This document shows, one piece after another, positions 13,146 through 25,625 of a stretch of DNA of 64,000 nt (positions are counted from its first letter, which is position 1; the number at the start of each line of letters is the position of its first letter). The translations under genes were made by a program, and so were the position numbers. Source of the DNA: Heterodontus francisci (Eukaryota); contig NC_090399.1 of the NCBI RefSeq assembly GCF_036365525.1, positions 15,313,558-15,377,557 on the forward strand, given 5' to 3'. The notes under the pieces were generated by a model. That model worked only from the letters and a program-made list of their open reading frames with translations. It made no database searches and was not told where the DNA came from.

Positions 13146-13179
13146 TACTATTGAACTACCTGTAATGTGGGGACGTAGG

Positions 13180-15380
13180 ACCATAAGAAATAGGAAATAG
13201 GAGCAGGAGTAGGCCATTCGGCCCCTCTATTCTACTCCACCATTCAACTAGATCACTCTACCCATATCCCTTTATATCTTTAATAGCTAGAAATCTATTG
13301 ATCTCTGTCTTAAATATACTCAATGACTGAGCCTCCAAGGCCCTCTGGAGTTGAGAATTCCAAAGATTCACTGCCCTCTGAGCGAAGAACTTCCTCCTCA
13401 TCTCAGTCCTAAATGTCCAACCTCTTATTTTGAGACTGTGTCCCCTGGTTCTCGAACCCACCACCTCCCCCCTCCCACTCCACCCCTCCCCCAGCCAGGG
13501 GGGCCCTGTAAGAATTTTGTATGCTTCAATGAGATCACCTCTCATTCTTCTAAACTCGAGAGAATATAGGCCCAGTCTCCGCAATCTCTCCTCATCGGAC
13601 ACTCCTACCATCCCAGGGATCAGTCTGGTGAACCTTCGTTGCAATCCCACTATGGCAAGTCTATCCTTCCTTAGATAATGAGACCAAAACCATACACAAT
13701 ACTCCAAGTGCAGTCTCATCAAGGCTCTATACAATTCAGCAAGACTTCTTTATTCCTGAACTCAAATCCTCTTACAATAAAGGCCAACATATCATTTGCC
13801 TTCCTAATTACTGGCTGCACCTGCATGTTAGCTTTCAGTGACTTATGAACAAGGACACCCAGGTCCCTTTGGAGTTCAACACTTCCCAATCTTTCACCAT
13901 TTAAGAAATACTATGCATTTCTGTTTTTCTACCAAAGTGGTTGACTTCATATTTTCCACATTTTTTTCCTTTTGCCATGCTCTTGCCATTCACTTAGCCT
14001 GTCCAAATTCCCTTGAATCCTCTTTGCATCTTCCTCACAACTCACATTCCCACTTAGTTTTGTATCATCAGCAAACTTGGAAATATTGCATTTAGTCCCC
14101 ATATCCAAATCATTGATATAGATTTTGAATAGCTGGGGCCGAAGCACTGATCCATGCTATACCTTGCTAGTCACAGCGTTCCACCCTGAGAATGACCCAT
14201 TGTTTCCTATTCCCTCTTTTTTGCCTGTTAACCAATTCTCTATCCATGCCAGCATATTATCCCTCATCCCATGTGTTCTAATTTTGCTTACTAACCTCCT
14301 GTGTGGGACCTTATCGAAAGCCTTCTGAAAATCCAAAAACATGCCACCCACTGGTTCTGCCTTATAAATTCTGCTATTTACATCTCAATAAACTCCTTCT
14401 CATAAATCCACGTTGACACTTCCCAATCTTACCATTATTTTCTCAGTGTCCAGTTATCAAAACCTTTATAATAGATTCTAGCATTTCCCCTCCTACTGAC
14501 GTCAGGCTAACATGTCTGTAGTTCCCTGTTTGCTCTCTCCCTCCTTTCTTAAATAGTGGGGTTGCATTTTCTACCTTCCAATCTGCACGAACCCTCCCCC
14601 CCGCCCCCCCCCCCCCCCACCACCACCACTACCACCACCACCCACCCCCCACTGCCCCCCATACCAGAATCTGTAGAATTTTGCAAAATGCCCACCAGTG
14701 CATCCACCTCTCCAGCCACCTCTTTCAACACTCTGGCATGTAGATCATCAGGCCCAGGGGATTTATCACGTTCAATCCCATTAATTTGTCCAATAATACT
14801 TTTTTACGAATACTAATTTATTTCAGTTCCTCATTCTCACTCGTCCCTTAATTCTCTGGTATTCCTGGGAGGTTTGTTGTATCTTCCTCCATGAAGACAG
14901 ACGCAAAGTATTTCTTTAGCTTCTCTGCCATTTCCTTATTCCCCATTATAAAATACCCTGTCTCTACCTGTAGTGGGCCCACATTTGTCTTTGCTAATCG
15001 TTTCCTTTTTACATACCTGTAGAAGCTTTTACATTCCATTTTTATGTTTCTCACTAGTTTACTTTCATGTTCTATTTTCTCTTTCTTTATCACTTTTTTG
15101 GTCCTCCTTTGCTTCAATCTAAAATGCTCCGAATCGTCAGACTTACTTTTTTGGCAATTTTATAAGCCTCTTCCTTTGAAGTAATGCATCTCTTGTTAGC
15201 CGTGCTTGGGTTACCTTTCCTGTTGTTTTTTTGTGTCTCAAGGGAATGTAAATTTGTTGTAAACCATGTATTAATTCTTCAAATGCTAGCCATTGCCTGT
15301 CTATCCTCATACCTTTGTTTAGATTTAAGGCCCTAGTTTCAGATTGAGCTACATCACTTTCAAACTTAATGCAAAATTCT
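13180..15380 (-). mobile_element. CR1 LINE ORF2/3' fragment
   Basis: LDFQKAFDKVPH, SKFADDTKL, RRMRGDLIEAYKI. Confidence 0.92.
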
Positions 15381-15384
15381 ATCA

Positions 15385-15750
15385 GACTTCAGAGTTTACA
15401 AACTTCAGTTATATGGAGAGGGTTGAGAAGCAAGGACTGTTCTTCTTAGAGCAGAGACTGTTAAGGGAGATTTAATAGATGTGTTGAAAATTGTAAGTGG
15501 TTTTGAGAGAATAAATATGGGGAAATTATTTCCACTGGCAGAAGGCCCGTAACCAGAGAACACAAATATAAAATGATTGGCAAAGGAACCAATGTGGAAA
15601 TGAAGAAATTCATTTTTATGCCGTCAGTTATTAAGATCTGGAATGCGCTGCCTGAAAGGGTGGTGGATGAAGGTTTAAAAGTAGCATTCATAAGGGATTA
15701 AATATATAGGCACGATTGGTCGTGAGGCCTGTTTCTGTGCTGTATAGATT
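15385..15750 (+). mobile_element. CR1 3' fragment
   Basis: GLFFLEQR.LRGDLIDV...IWNALP and a CR1-type tail. Confidence 0.75.
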
Positions 15751-16030
15751 CTCTAGTTACTTGAATGTAATTTTGCTACTCTTAGGTGCAATGACGTTTG
15801 AGGTTACAGAGTGCGCGTGAATCAGCTGGCATTGGCAGTTAAGCTAAAGAGTTCAGTAGCTCCTTTCAAGAATAGGGTCACGTAGTGCATACATCAGCCA
15901 GTACACAGCTATTCGGACTGTGTATGTTTATTTAGATCAGGTGATGATTGCACCTAGGCGTAAACAACACACCAAGAAACGGGTCTTGATCTGCAATGCA
16001 GTTGTATAAATTAATGCAATCCAGCTTGCC

Positions 16031-16053
16031 TGATAACAACCACATAACAGGAA
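16031..16053. promoter_or_regulatory. clustered GATA-RUNX-ETS motifs upstream of the receptor gene
   Basis: TGATAA (16031-36), AACCACA (16038-44) and ACAGGAA (16047-53) within 23 bp, ~0.8 kb upstream of the ATG. Confidence 0.35.
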
Positions 16054-16187
16054 AACAACAACATGAATGTTTTTTTGCAATCGTTTCTAGTGTAATAATC
16101 CAACATGATCTCTGCTGACTACAGCCTCGTCGCAGCACACGTGTTGTTTTAATTTTATTTACTGCTGCAGGATAAAAAGGACGAACA

Positions 16188-16700
16188 ATGGCTTTAATAT
16201 TCTTTATCGTCCTTCTTCCTTTTATGTATGTAAAACCCTGCGATATATTGTATTTAGTTTGGCATTCCGTTTAAAACCAATCTAATTTGGTGCACTTTCA
16301 TATGTGATGACAAAAACTGTAGTATGTTCATAGCCTCGTTTGCATTTGTAAATGCAAGGATGTATATTTTACAGATGTGAGCGGGTTAATAGCCAAACCC
16401 CAGACCACTTTGAATTATAGCCACCTCTAAGATTGCAGAGCAGAGCACTTCATCATAAATGATGAAGTGCTGAATGCGCAATATTCCCTTTACTACAAGA
16501 GGATTGGAAGTCTGGGGGAATTTCCATGGAGTTCATACCCGCTGCTAAGCAGGTTTGCTTATCAGAATGTCCAGTATTTTGCTTCAGCTCTCAGAAATTA
16601 GAACTGGAACTCATATTTATCTCGCCACTTTACTACTTCCGTTCTTGGGCAGGCTCGTTAATTTCGTTAACGCTTCACATCCTGTCAGATGCGGGCCTCT
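16188..16700 (+). pseudogene. weak candidate decayed leader + IgV exon
   Basis: MALIFFIVLLPF, donor GTATGT (16226), acceptor TTTTACAG (16374), then DVSG / VNSQTP, L*DCRAE, MEFI, SILLQLSEI, AT-YYFRSW spread across frames. Confidence 0.25.
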
Positions 16701-16873
16701 CAATCAACAATGTTCTACAAACCTACGTTGCATGAGGACCAGCAAACCGCGGTTCATGCTGTACCAATTCGTGTCGAAAGCTCAACACTGTCCCACGCTA
16801 AAGGCTGATCTTATCTCACGCTGCAATTCAGACTAACGAAATTTGTTTTCCTGTTTCAAACCAGTCTGTACCA

Positions 16874-16934
16874 ATGGCGATAGAACGGTGGACAACAACC
16901 TCTGTTTTCCTTCTGATTTCAATCTTTCTAGCGG
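16874..16934 (+). CDS. NKp30/NCR3-like receptor, coding exon 1 (signal peptide MAIERWTTTSVFLLISIFLA)
   Basis: ATG in good context (CCAATGG), 20 codons with a hydrophobic core, phase-1 donor G|GTAAGT matching the V exon phase. An upstream ACTAAC branch point and CAG acceptor (16864) hint at a 5' non-coding exon. Confidence 0.8.
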
Positions 16935-17719
16935 GTAAGTGAATTGTCCCAATTTTATTGTTTAAATATTATAAGAAAACCATGATCATTAATCAGACTA
17001 AATGAATGATTGCAAGTATTTTTTTTTAAATACTAGAGATGCATGGCTTAACAAGTTCCTATATTGTCTATAGCGGTGGCATAAATCAATACCAGTTGCA
17101 ACATTAGTTTTAATGTTTTTGTAATTATCCCCAAATGAGTACATTTTGTAATGCTTTTAGGCACGAAAGTGATTAATTCACCATAGACGCATCTTCTTAA
17201 CGGCATTTCACTTGTTGTTCCTGCTTTTCCCCAAATGCCTGCTTTGCTTCGTTACCGATATGGAACTAGAGTAAACAATTGCTAGGCATGTTTGTTAGCA
17301 GGTTTGTTATTTCTGGAAATGAAGGAGTGCATCCAACGTAGTAACAGCAGGAGGAGACTGCCGGTTCATTTAGCCCAGCTAGCCATAATATTCCCTTAGT
17401 GCGTTTCTGATATTCCTGAATCTTAATTGTTGACAAGAAATTTATAGGTCTTCTTGAAACCTATTAAGTTTTCTTGTTCCACCACCTCTACGACTAACCA
17501 GTTCCACGTCTTTAGCACTCATAATAAATAACGTCCTCCCTCATTTCCTATTTTCTTCTGCTATTTTTAATTTGTAAATATGCTAAAATCCTGTAACTGA
17601 CAGACAAGCTTACTTGGGTTCGATTTGTCCAATTCTTTTATAATTTTAAATAGTTCCATCAGATCTTGTTCAGATATTCTTATCAAAAAATCCTAATATC
17701 ATCAATCTTTTTTCCAGAA

Positions 17720-18170
17720 ATTTGAAAAAAAAATACAAAAACAGTTCAAATTTTACATTTCTGAAAGTGCAATAGAGATCAGATTCCTTCGATACAGAGT
17801 GTCTCACAATTCTTGCCATTCCATTTTATATGCAAAGTACATTTGCATTACACAGCATAAACATTTTGGTGCATACAGCACTTTGGGTTTTACATAGGTT
17901 CCAGCCCCTCAGTATATTATGGCGGGAGAGCCTTACACAGTGGCCTTTCCCCATTGAGCCTTAGCGGCAGTTGCCCAAGCTTTAGTGCATCCCTCAGCAC
18001 GTAATCTTGGACCTTGGAATGTGCCAGTCTGTAGCACTCGGTCGTGGACAACTCTTTGCACTGGAAGACCAGCAAGTTTCAGGCAGACCAAAGTGCGCCT
18101 TTCACCCAGTTGATGGTCCTCCAGCAACAGTTGACGTTTATCTCGGTGTGCGTTCCTGGGAACAGCCCAA
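17720..18170 (-). mobile_element. Tx1-like LINE 3' end, nested in an old CR1 fragment (~17340-18320)
   Basis: ORF2 end AKAQWGKATV* plus a 3' UTR homologous to 54510-54775. Confidence 0.75.
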
Positions 18171-20213
18171 GATCATCAATATTTCCTCACAAGTCATTCC
18201 CTTAAGTTCAGGGGTCAACCATGCACCCCTTCTGTGTACCTCTTGAAATTACTGAAATAGCCTTTTTGATACAGTGAACAAAGACAGCACTCCGGATATG
18301 GTCTCACCAGGACTAAATATATCATTAAAATTATCACTCCAGATTTATTTAATTTACTTCTCGCAATGCAACCAAACAGATGCATACTTTACACAAATGA
18401 TTGATGTAAATGATTCCATTAACCACACACTACAGAGCCATACATTTCCTAATAATCTCTTAATCCAACCTTGAATTTAGCATCGAGATATGTTTTAACT
18501 CAGGATTTGCAGAGCACTACCGGTAATAATATCCCGTTATATCCAACTTCAGACGTCTGGTAGTAACAGTTCAAATCAACATTGGACTCCAAATGCGCTG
18601 GTATTTTTGGAATTAACATTCGGTGCCATTATGCAACTGTATTAATATATTTGCAAAATCAGCCAATACAATCACTGAATTACTTTGCCCAAAACATCTG
18701 CAGCCACATGTACCAAATTTAAGCATAATAACTATAACACTCTATTGTTGCTCCTGGAAGAATGGTTTTACTGGTGTTAGAAATATTGTGGACACATATT
18801 TCGGGTAGCGATCAGATTTATATGTCTTGCTTGTTAGTTGAATACTACTGTTCATAATATTTGCTCAATGATGCCACATACACCTGAAAATCTATCATTT
18901 CTATGCCTCAACCTTATTGAACTTAAATGAATAAATCATCCTCGGGAATTCGTGGAAAACTAATGATGAGGTTTTTTATGTATGAGATCATTACAATAAA
19001 TATATTTTACTCACATCCAATATATCTCAACATAGCTATATTTTGTTTTGAGGTGAGCAGCTAAAGGAAATAATCACGCCATTAAGTACGGTTGGGATAC
19101 GAGATAATAATCTTCACATCAAGGAAGTAAACGGGATTGATTTATTTATTGGCATGGTGTTAAAAAGTTGATCCTCGATTGAAGTCCGCAGTATGCAGAA
19201 AACCTGGTATAACATTAATGTTTACAAGAGCGAAGTGTGCATGGCTTCAATATTTGAACAGAGGTTCGAACAGGTTCACAAACTCATCATAATGACCATA
19301 TTTTCATTGACAAATTCTTTTTCTGATGGTTGTTTGGTAAATAAAACTCGATAATTATTGTCGAACAGGTCCCTTAATTAACACGGGTCAATGTTTTAAT
19401 TTCCATGAATTTAAGATATATACAGTGTTCTGTGATCTACTGCGCATCTTACAGCTTATTTTTGAATTTGGGCAACGAGCTAATATGGAATACCAGCATG
19501 CCCATCATATTCCGCCCCTATACATTCCTCCATATGGAAATCAGACACCTGTAGATTACTATGTAAGGATAAAAAGTGTATTGCATTGATCTGTTACTTG
19601 ATAATACTATTAATGAATCAATAAGGAATGCATCATTTACTTTCTTCCTCTCCATCTTTCTTTCGTTCCTTTGCATTCGTTTTTCTTTCTATCGTTCATT
19701 CTTTGTGTCTTTCTCTAGTTCTTTCTCTCCTCCTTTCTTTCTTTCTAGCATTCATATAATAATTTCCTTTGGAATTAATAATAGCATACTATGGAATTAA
19801 AACAACTCAAGCCATCTCAAAGCTCTTCGTGGCCAATGAATAAGAAGTGAACAGTAGTCTTTGTTGCTTTCTAGGACAACTCACCAATGACTTTGCTCAC
19901 AGCCCGGTTCTACAAACATCAATGAGATGAATAGCTCATAATATATTTTTGTGCTGTTTTCTGAAGGCTAAATTTTGACTACCGCACCGGGAGAACTTTC
20001 TCTACTTTGGAGGGGGCGGGGGGGGGGGGGGGGTGGGTGTGGGGTGAGGGTGAGAAACGCTCTCTCAGTTGCTGCATTAAAGTGTCAAATCCACGCTTAG
20101 AAGCAACAACCAGGCGATGCTGCGACAACTAAGCCAAATAGTTCTGGTTCACGGTGATGCATCAACCATTTACAGTGGCTAATTAATGCTTGTGTTTCTT
20201 TCTGCACCACTAG

Positions 20214-20540
20214 ATAACGAGGCTGCTACTTCCCAAATAATACAAAGGCCCATTTCAGTTCGTGTGTTCCAAGGTGATAGTGTGATTTTGAATTGCACCT
20301 TTCGTTTGGAAGGATTGGGCACCTACAGCTGGAGAAGAGATAATAGTGTCATAGACTTTGAATCTCCGAAATACAAGAAAAGAGTAATAAAAGCCGACTA
20401 TAATGCGTTCAAATTGAGACGAGATGCATCCATCCAAATTAATAATATGACAGAATGCGACTCTGGCATATATTACTGCGAGATTGATATAATGGGCAAG
20501 CAGAAGCTTGTCGGTAATGGAAGCTCGGTTATCGTACAGC
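20214..20540 (+). CDS. NKp30/NCR3-like receptor, exon 2: VJ-type IgV domain
   Basis: Acceptor CACTAG, donor C|GTAAGG, phase 1-1. IQRP..V..GDSVILNC...GTYSW...DASIQINNMTECDSGIYYCEIDIMG...GNGSSVIV has the canonical C-W-C, DxGxYxC and an in-exon J-like GxG. Resembles NKp30 (IYVCRVEVLG..GNGTRLVV). Confidence 0.95.
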
Positions 20541-20887
20541 GTAAGGAAACCTAACATTGTAACTTGAAAGCATTGTGATATTGTTTCCTGATTTAAACCT
20601 TCCCTTCATCCTTTCCTTCATGCTGTTGTTGTGCAGCTCTCCCTCTGTCTCCACCTCTGTCTTTCTGCCCACGGGCGGTGAATGTCTATTTCTGTCCCCC
20701 ACCACCCCCCCCCCACCCCGCCCCACCCCACTCCCCCATACCCCCCACACCCCCCCCCCCCCCCCCCCCACCTCCCACACCCTCATGTCTATCTTGTTTG
20801 TATTTCTTTGCGTTTCTCACTGTGTCCCTGTCTCTCTATCCATTTCTGGACTTATAAATAAATAACATTTTTTATTTCTTTTTGCAG

Positions 20888-21019
20888 ATTCTTGTGACAA
20901 ACCAAACCGTTCAAGTCTTCAGTTTGAGTGGTTGTGGATTGCAGTAGCAGGTGGTGTCACGTTGCTGGTTACTCTGCCACTCCTTGTTGTGATAATAGTC
21001 CTTGCTCAAAGAAACAAAG
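20888..21019 (+). CDS. NKp30/NCR3-like receptor, exon 3: stalk + transmembrane
   Basis: Acceptor TTTTTGCAG, donor G|GTATTT, phase 1-1. HSCDKPNRSSLQFEWLWIAVAGGVTLLVTLPLLVVIIVLAQRNK. Confidence 0.92.
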
Positions 21020-21204
21020 GTATTTTAAATACTAAAAGTGGTCGCCATGCTATGGAATCGTCAGAATTTCTATCTCATGCCTCAGAATGACAAAAAAAAT
21101 TATAATACAATGCAATTTTCTTTTTTGCAATTTTGTGGTTAACTTTTAACACATTTTTCATTTTGCGATGAATTAGAGTCTATATGATCCGGATGATTTT
21201 TACA

Positions 21205-21725
21205 CTTGGAGTATGTAAGCAGTTCTGGTCTCCACATTATTTAAACAAAAGATATAGAGGCGCTGGAGAAAGGGCAAAAAAGATTTGCTAAGATGATACC
21301 AAAACAGAGATGCCTGTCAGGAAAGATTGAAGAGACAGGAGCTCTTTTTTGTAGTAAAGAGAAGACTGAGGGGTGGCACGATCTTTATGATTATGTAGAC
21401 TTAAAGAAGGTATTTCCATTTACGAGAAAGACCAGAACTAGGAGCCAAGAATATAAAATCGTCAGTAATAAACTCAAGAGTGAATTCAGTAGAAACCTCT
21501 TTACCCGGAGAGTGGTTAGAATGTCGAACTATTACCACAAAGCGTAGTTGAGGTGACTAGAATAGATACATTTAAGGGGAAGTTAGGTAAGCAAATGGGG
21601 GAGAAAGTAATCGAAAAACATATTGATGAGGTTAGATGAAAAAGGGTTCGAGGAGGCCGGTGTGGAGGACAAACAACGGCCTTGACCTGTTGAGTCGAAC
21701 AACCTGTTTCTATGCTGTAACTACT
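21205..21725 (+). mobile_element. CR1 3' fragment (intronic)
   Basis: FWSPH..KDIEALE, RNLFTRRVVRM and a CR1 tail. Confidence 0.8.
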
Positions 21726-22088
21726 CCGCAACTTTTCAAAGGCACCTTTCATTTTTCAGGGAATTAAGGATAACAATTACGCTTGTCTTGATAATATGAC
21801 TTGTCATCCACTTCCCAAATATAGGGAAAGTTAATGTAAATCGGGAGACATTAAAAACAGTAAACGAAAATATATTAGGAACACCAAATATTGTTATTAA
21901 AATCCTAATGTTAAGTCACAATTTATATGAATAAACACATTTAAAGTAATTGCACTTCAGCGGATATACAAGTACATTTAGAGGATCTTCATAATTTTGA
22001 GATATGATGTTATTGAAGTGCTGCTTTAATCGACAATATCAACAACAATATTAACCACAACTATATTTCACCATTTTCTTATTCACAG

Positions 22089-22107
22089 CTTATGCGTTGC
22101 TTGTCAG
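22089..22107 (+). CDS. NKp30/NCR3-like receptor, exon 4 (19-nt micro-exon, AYALLV)
   Basis: Acceptor TTCACAG, donor AG|GTGAGT. Phase 1-2 fits both neighbours. Confidence 0.8.
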
Positions 22108-22223
22108 GTGAGTCAATCAATAGTTTCCTTGTAATCATGGAATGATTTATTCTAAAAGATTGTACACGACAAAAAAAATTACAGTCAGGTAACACTTTTG
22201 CTAAACATCTTCTTGTTTTGCAG

Positions 22224-22258
22224 AGAATGTTCTTCTTTCGATTCTGCAAAAGAACCAG
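22224..22258 (+). CDS. NKp30/NCR3-like receptor, exon 5 (35 nt, RECSSFDSAKEP)
   Basis: Acceptor GTTTTGCAG, donor CAG|GTAAGT, phase 2-1. Confidence 0.8.
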
Positions 22259-23779
22259 GTAAGTGATTCATATCTTTATTTTGCTCACTCGAGAGACTGT
22301 GGGCTGCTTGCATTACGATGAAGAATTCGTGGATGTGGTGTGTGTGCGCTGGCATTGTTTCAATTTAACAGCTTCTGATGCCTCTGGGTTAGAAAGCTCC
22401 AGCGTAAATGGAACCTGCTATTATTTGAAAAACTAAAGTTTTGTATGCATAATTTTATGCAAATATAAACCCATCTTGGACCACCAATTGTCATTCGTAA
22501 GAGAGGTATTCATGTGCTACAAATTTCTCCTTCCTCGGAGCAGCAAGAAATATTCATGACGTCCTTTAAATCTGAAAAGAAATAACTCTCCACACGGGTT
22601 CGAATTTAATCAGATATCAACTAAATTTTTGAAACTTTAAGAAGCTGTTTTTCAATGATTGGTCCCCTGAAAAGATTCAATAGCAATGCTTTGTTTCACC
22701 ATATCAGTCACTGAGGAAAAGTAGACGTATTTCGGAGATTTTCTTTCATGATCAGTTATGGCGTTAGATTTCAAAAGTCTTTAGTTCTCGTAAACACAGT
22801 CCCTCCAATTGCCATAAAATACCAAGTTATTTTAAGATGTCAGTCTCACTCGAACTCGCTTCGAATTTTCCTCAGCATAGTTGTAACTATTTGGAGCCAT
22901 CCAGCACAACAACAGATTCAAACGTACCCACTAAAGAAATTTTAAAACTGAAAATGTTTGAATTGTACCTTTGTATTTTTCCAAAGCTGTGTTTACCTTT
23001 TACAGACAAAAAGCTGTGCATTTGAGAAGTGGTATAGTATAAATTACAGTCAAAATAAATCTGTACTGCACGCCTTTAACTCAAAAGATTACAACCAAAC
23101 AGTTCTTAGGAAAGCACAGAGGTTTTCTTAAATCTCTCATTCCTTTGCGGGAACAAACTTTAGTTAAAAAGAGCATGCAGTAATTGTAACAACAACATTC
23201 ACGCTCTCATAACAACTCCAGATATCTTAAACACATTCAGTCATTCAAATCTTATTTCCTCTCACCCACTTTAAAATGTGAATTCCTTGTTATGGTCTGA
23301 TCAACTTAAAATTTCCAAATTCTATGCACAATCCCAGCCGTACGCACAAGGATGTCAACATGGGTTAAATAGGAGCAATAGAACATAAGGATTATGAGCA
23401 GGAGTGGACCATACGGCTTCTCGAGCCTGTTCCACTATTCAGTGCAATCATTGACGATCTTCCACCTCAATTCCACTTTCCCTTTAAATAATTAGCATTT
23501 TGTAGGTGCCAGCCGCAAAAAAAAAAACCAGCATTCATAATTTGTTAATTTGATCAGTCTCTCTAACCCTTGGCCTGCCGCGTTAGGAAGCTGTCAGTTG
23601 CAATTGAACCAGTATGACCCATAATCATCCATTCATTGTCAATGCGTCATCTCAATCTGAGCGTTCTCTTCGAATGGATCATTTACTCTATTTTCACTTA
23701 TCTGGTTGCAAAAGTGAACCACCTGGCATAATAAATGCCTCGCAACTCTTAAGTTCCTCTTTTTCTGATTTTCTTTCTT

Positions 23780-24460
23780 CTTTCTTTTGGGCCTCCTTAT
23801 CTCGAGAGACAATGGATAAGCGCCTGGAGGTGGTCAGTGGTGTGTGAAGCAGCGCCTGGAGTGGCTTAAAGGCCAATTCTAGAGCGACAGGCTCTTCCAC
23901 AGGTGCTGCAGAGAAATTTGTTTGTCGGGGCAGTTGCACAGTTGGCTCTCCCCTTGCACCTCTGTCTTTTTTCCTGCCAACTACTTAGTCTCTTCGATTC
24001 GCCACATTTTAGCCCTGTCTTTATGGCTGCCCGCCAGCTCTGGCGAACGCTGGCAACTGACTCCCACGACTTGTGATCAATGTCACAGGATTTCATGTCG
24101 CGTTTGCAGACGTCTTTAAAGCGGAGACGTGGACGGCCGGTGGGTCTGATACCAGTGGTGAGCTCGCTGTACAATGTGTCTTTGGGGATCCTGCCATCTT
24201 CCATGCGGCTCACATGGCCAAGCTATCTCAAGCGCCGCTGACTCAGTAGTGTGTACAAGCTGGGGATGTTGGCCGCCTCGAGGACTTCTGTGTTGGAGAT
24301 ACGGTCCTGCCACCTGATGCCAAGTATTCTCCAGAGGCAGCGAAGATGGAATGAATTGAGACGTCGCTCTTGGCTGGCATACGTTGTCCAGGCCTCGCTG
24401 CCATAGAGCAAGGTACTGAGGACACAGGCCTGATACACTCGGACTTTTGTGTTCCGTGTC
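23780..24460 (-). mobile_element. RTE-clade LINE 3' fragment (intronic)
   Basis: YQACVLSTLLYGSEAWT...FHLRCLWRILGIRWQDRISNTEVL, RIPKDTLYSEL..G.RPTGRP, C-terminal CxxC. Confidence 0.92.
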
Positions 24461-24834
24461 AGTGATTTCTGATTTACCAACCCCTTTTCATGGGTCATCA
24501 CCGTCACCTGCGACTTGTCTCTTTTGAACATTACGGTGGCCAACAGCTCACTAACTGCTCTGTCAATTAGTTTCTTTTGAAGGGTTTCCCTGACAGTCAC
24601 CATGGTTAATTCAACGATTGGAGACAGTACCCCCAACGGTTTCCTAACCAATTGAAATTCGGTTTTGTACAAGTCTAGACTGTCATAAGTACTTGGTATC
24701 ACAAAAACAAGATTACTGCTAGTCAGATCCTTCCCCGTTCGTCAATTGCAAGACAGGTTGACTCTGACAAACTAAATGTGATGGCAACATCATACTGTTA
24801 TTGTGATCGACCAAATCGAGACACTTGTGATGTA

Positions 24835-25625
24835 GGAACATAGGAACAGGAGTAGGCAATTCAACTCTTCAAGCCTGTCCCGCCATTCAATGAGATCGTG
24901 GATGATCCACAGCCTAACTCCATATACCTGCCTTTGGCCCATATCCTTTAATATCTTTGCTTAACAAAAATCTATCTATCTCAGATTTAAAATTAACAAC
25001 TGTTCTAGCTTCAACTACTGTTTGTGGGAGAGAGTTCCAAAGCTCTACCACCCTTTGCTTGAAGAAGTACTTCCTAACATCTCTCCTGAATGGTCTGGTC
25101 CTAATTTTTAGACTATGCCCCCTAGTTTTAGAATCTCCAACCAGTGGAAATAGTTTATCTTTATCTAGCCTGTCTTTTCCTGTTAATATCTTGAAGACTT
25201 CAATCAGATCATCCTTAACCTTCTAAATTCGAGCGAAAACAGGCCTAATTTGTGTAATCTCTCCTCATAACTTAACCCCTGTAGTCCATGTATCATTCTT
25301 GTCAAGCTACGTTGTACTCCCTCCAAGGCCAATATATCCTTGCTGAGGTGTGGTGCCCAGAACTGCTCACAGTACTCCAAGTGGGGTCTAACCTGGGTTT
25401 TGTACAGCTGCAGCATAACCTCTGTGTCTTTATACTCCAACCCTCTAGATGTAAGGGCTAGCATTCCATTAGCTTTATTGGTTATTTTCTGCACTTGCTC
25501 GTGGCATTTTAAAGATCTATGCACCTGAACCCCCAATTCTCCTTGGACATCCACTGTACTTAACCTCTTCCCATTTAGAAAGTATCATGCTCTATCCTTT
25601 TTTTGGTCCCAAATGGATAACCTCA
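24835..25625 (-). mobile_element. CR1 3' fragment (intronic)
   Basis: ORF 25204-25554 [13 protein letters not shown]...GLFSLEFRRLR. Confidence 0.92.

Noticed and set aside
14556-14816. Pro/Thr-rich and Gly-rich ORFs (also 20529-20865 and 61426-61626)
   Set aside because: These are translations of poly-C/poly-G microsatellites in TEs or introns.
20186-20554. The 122-aa ORF as a standalone single-exon gene
   Set aside because: Its first residues are the intronic pyrimidine tract; it is an internal exon bounded by AG and GT.
22089-22107. AYALL as an ITIM
   Set aside because: Position -2 is Lys rather than S/I/V/L and the motif abuts the membrane. It is only a generic YxxL.
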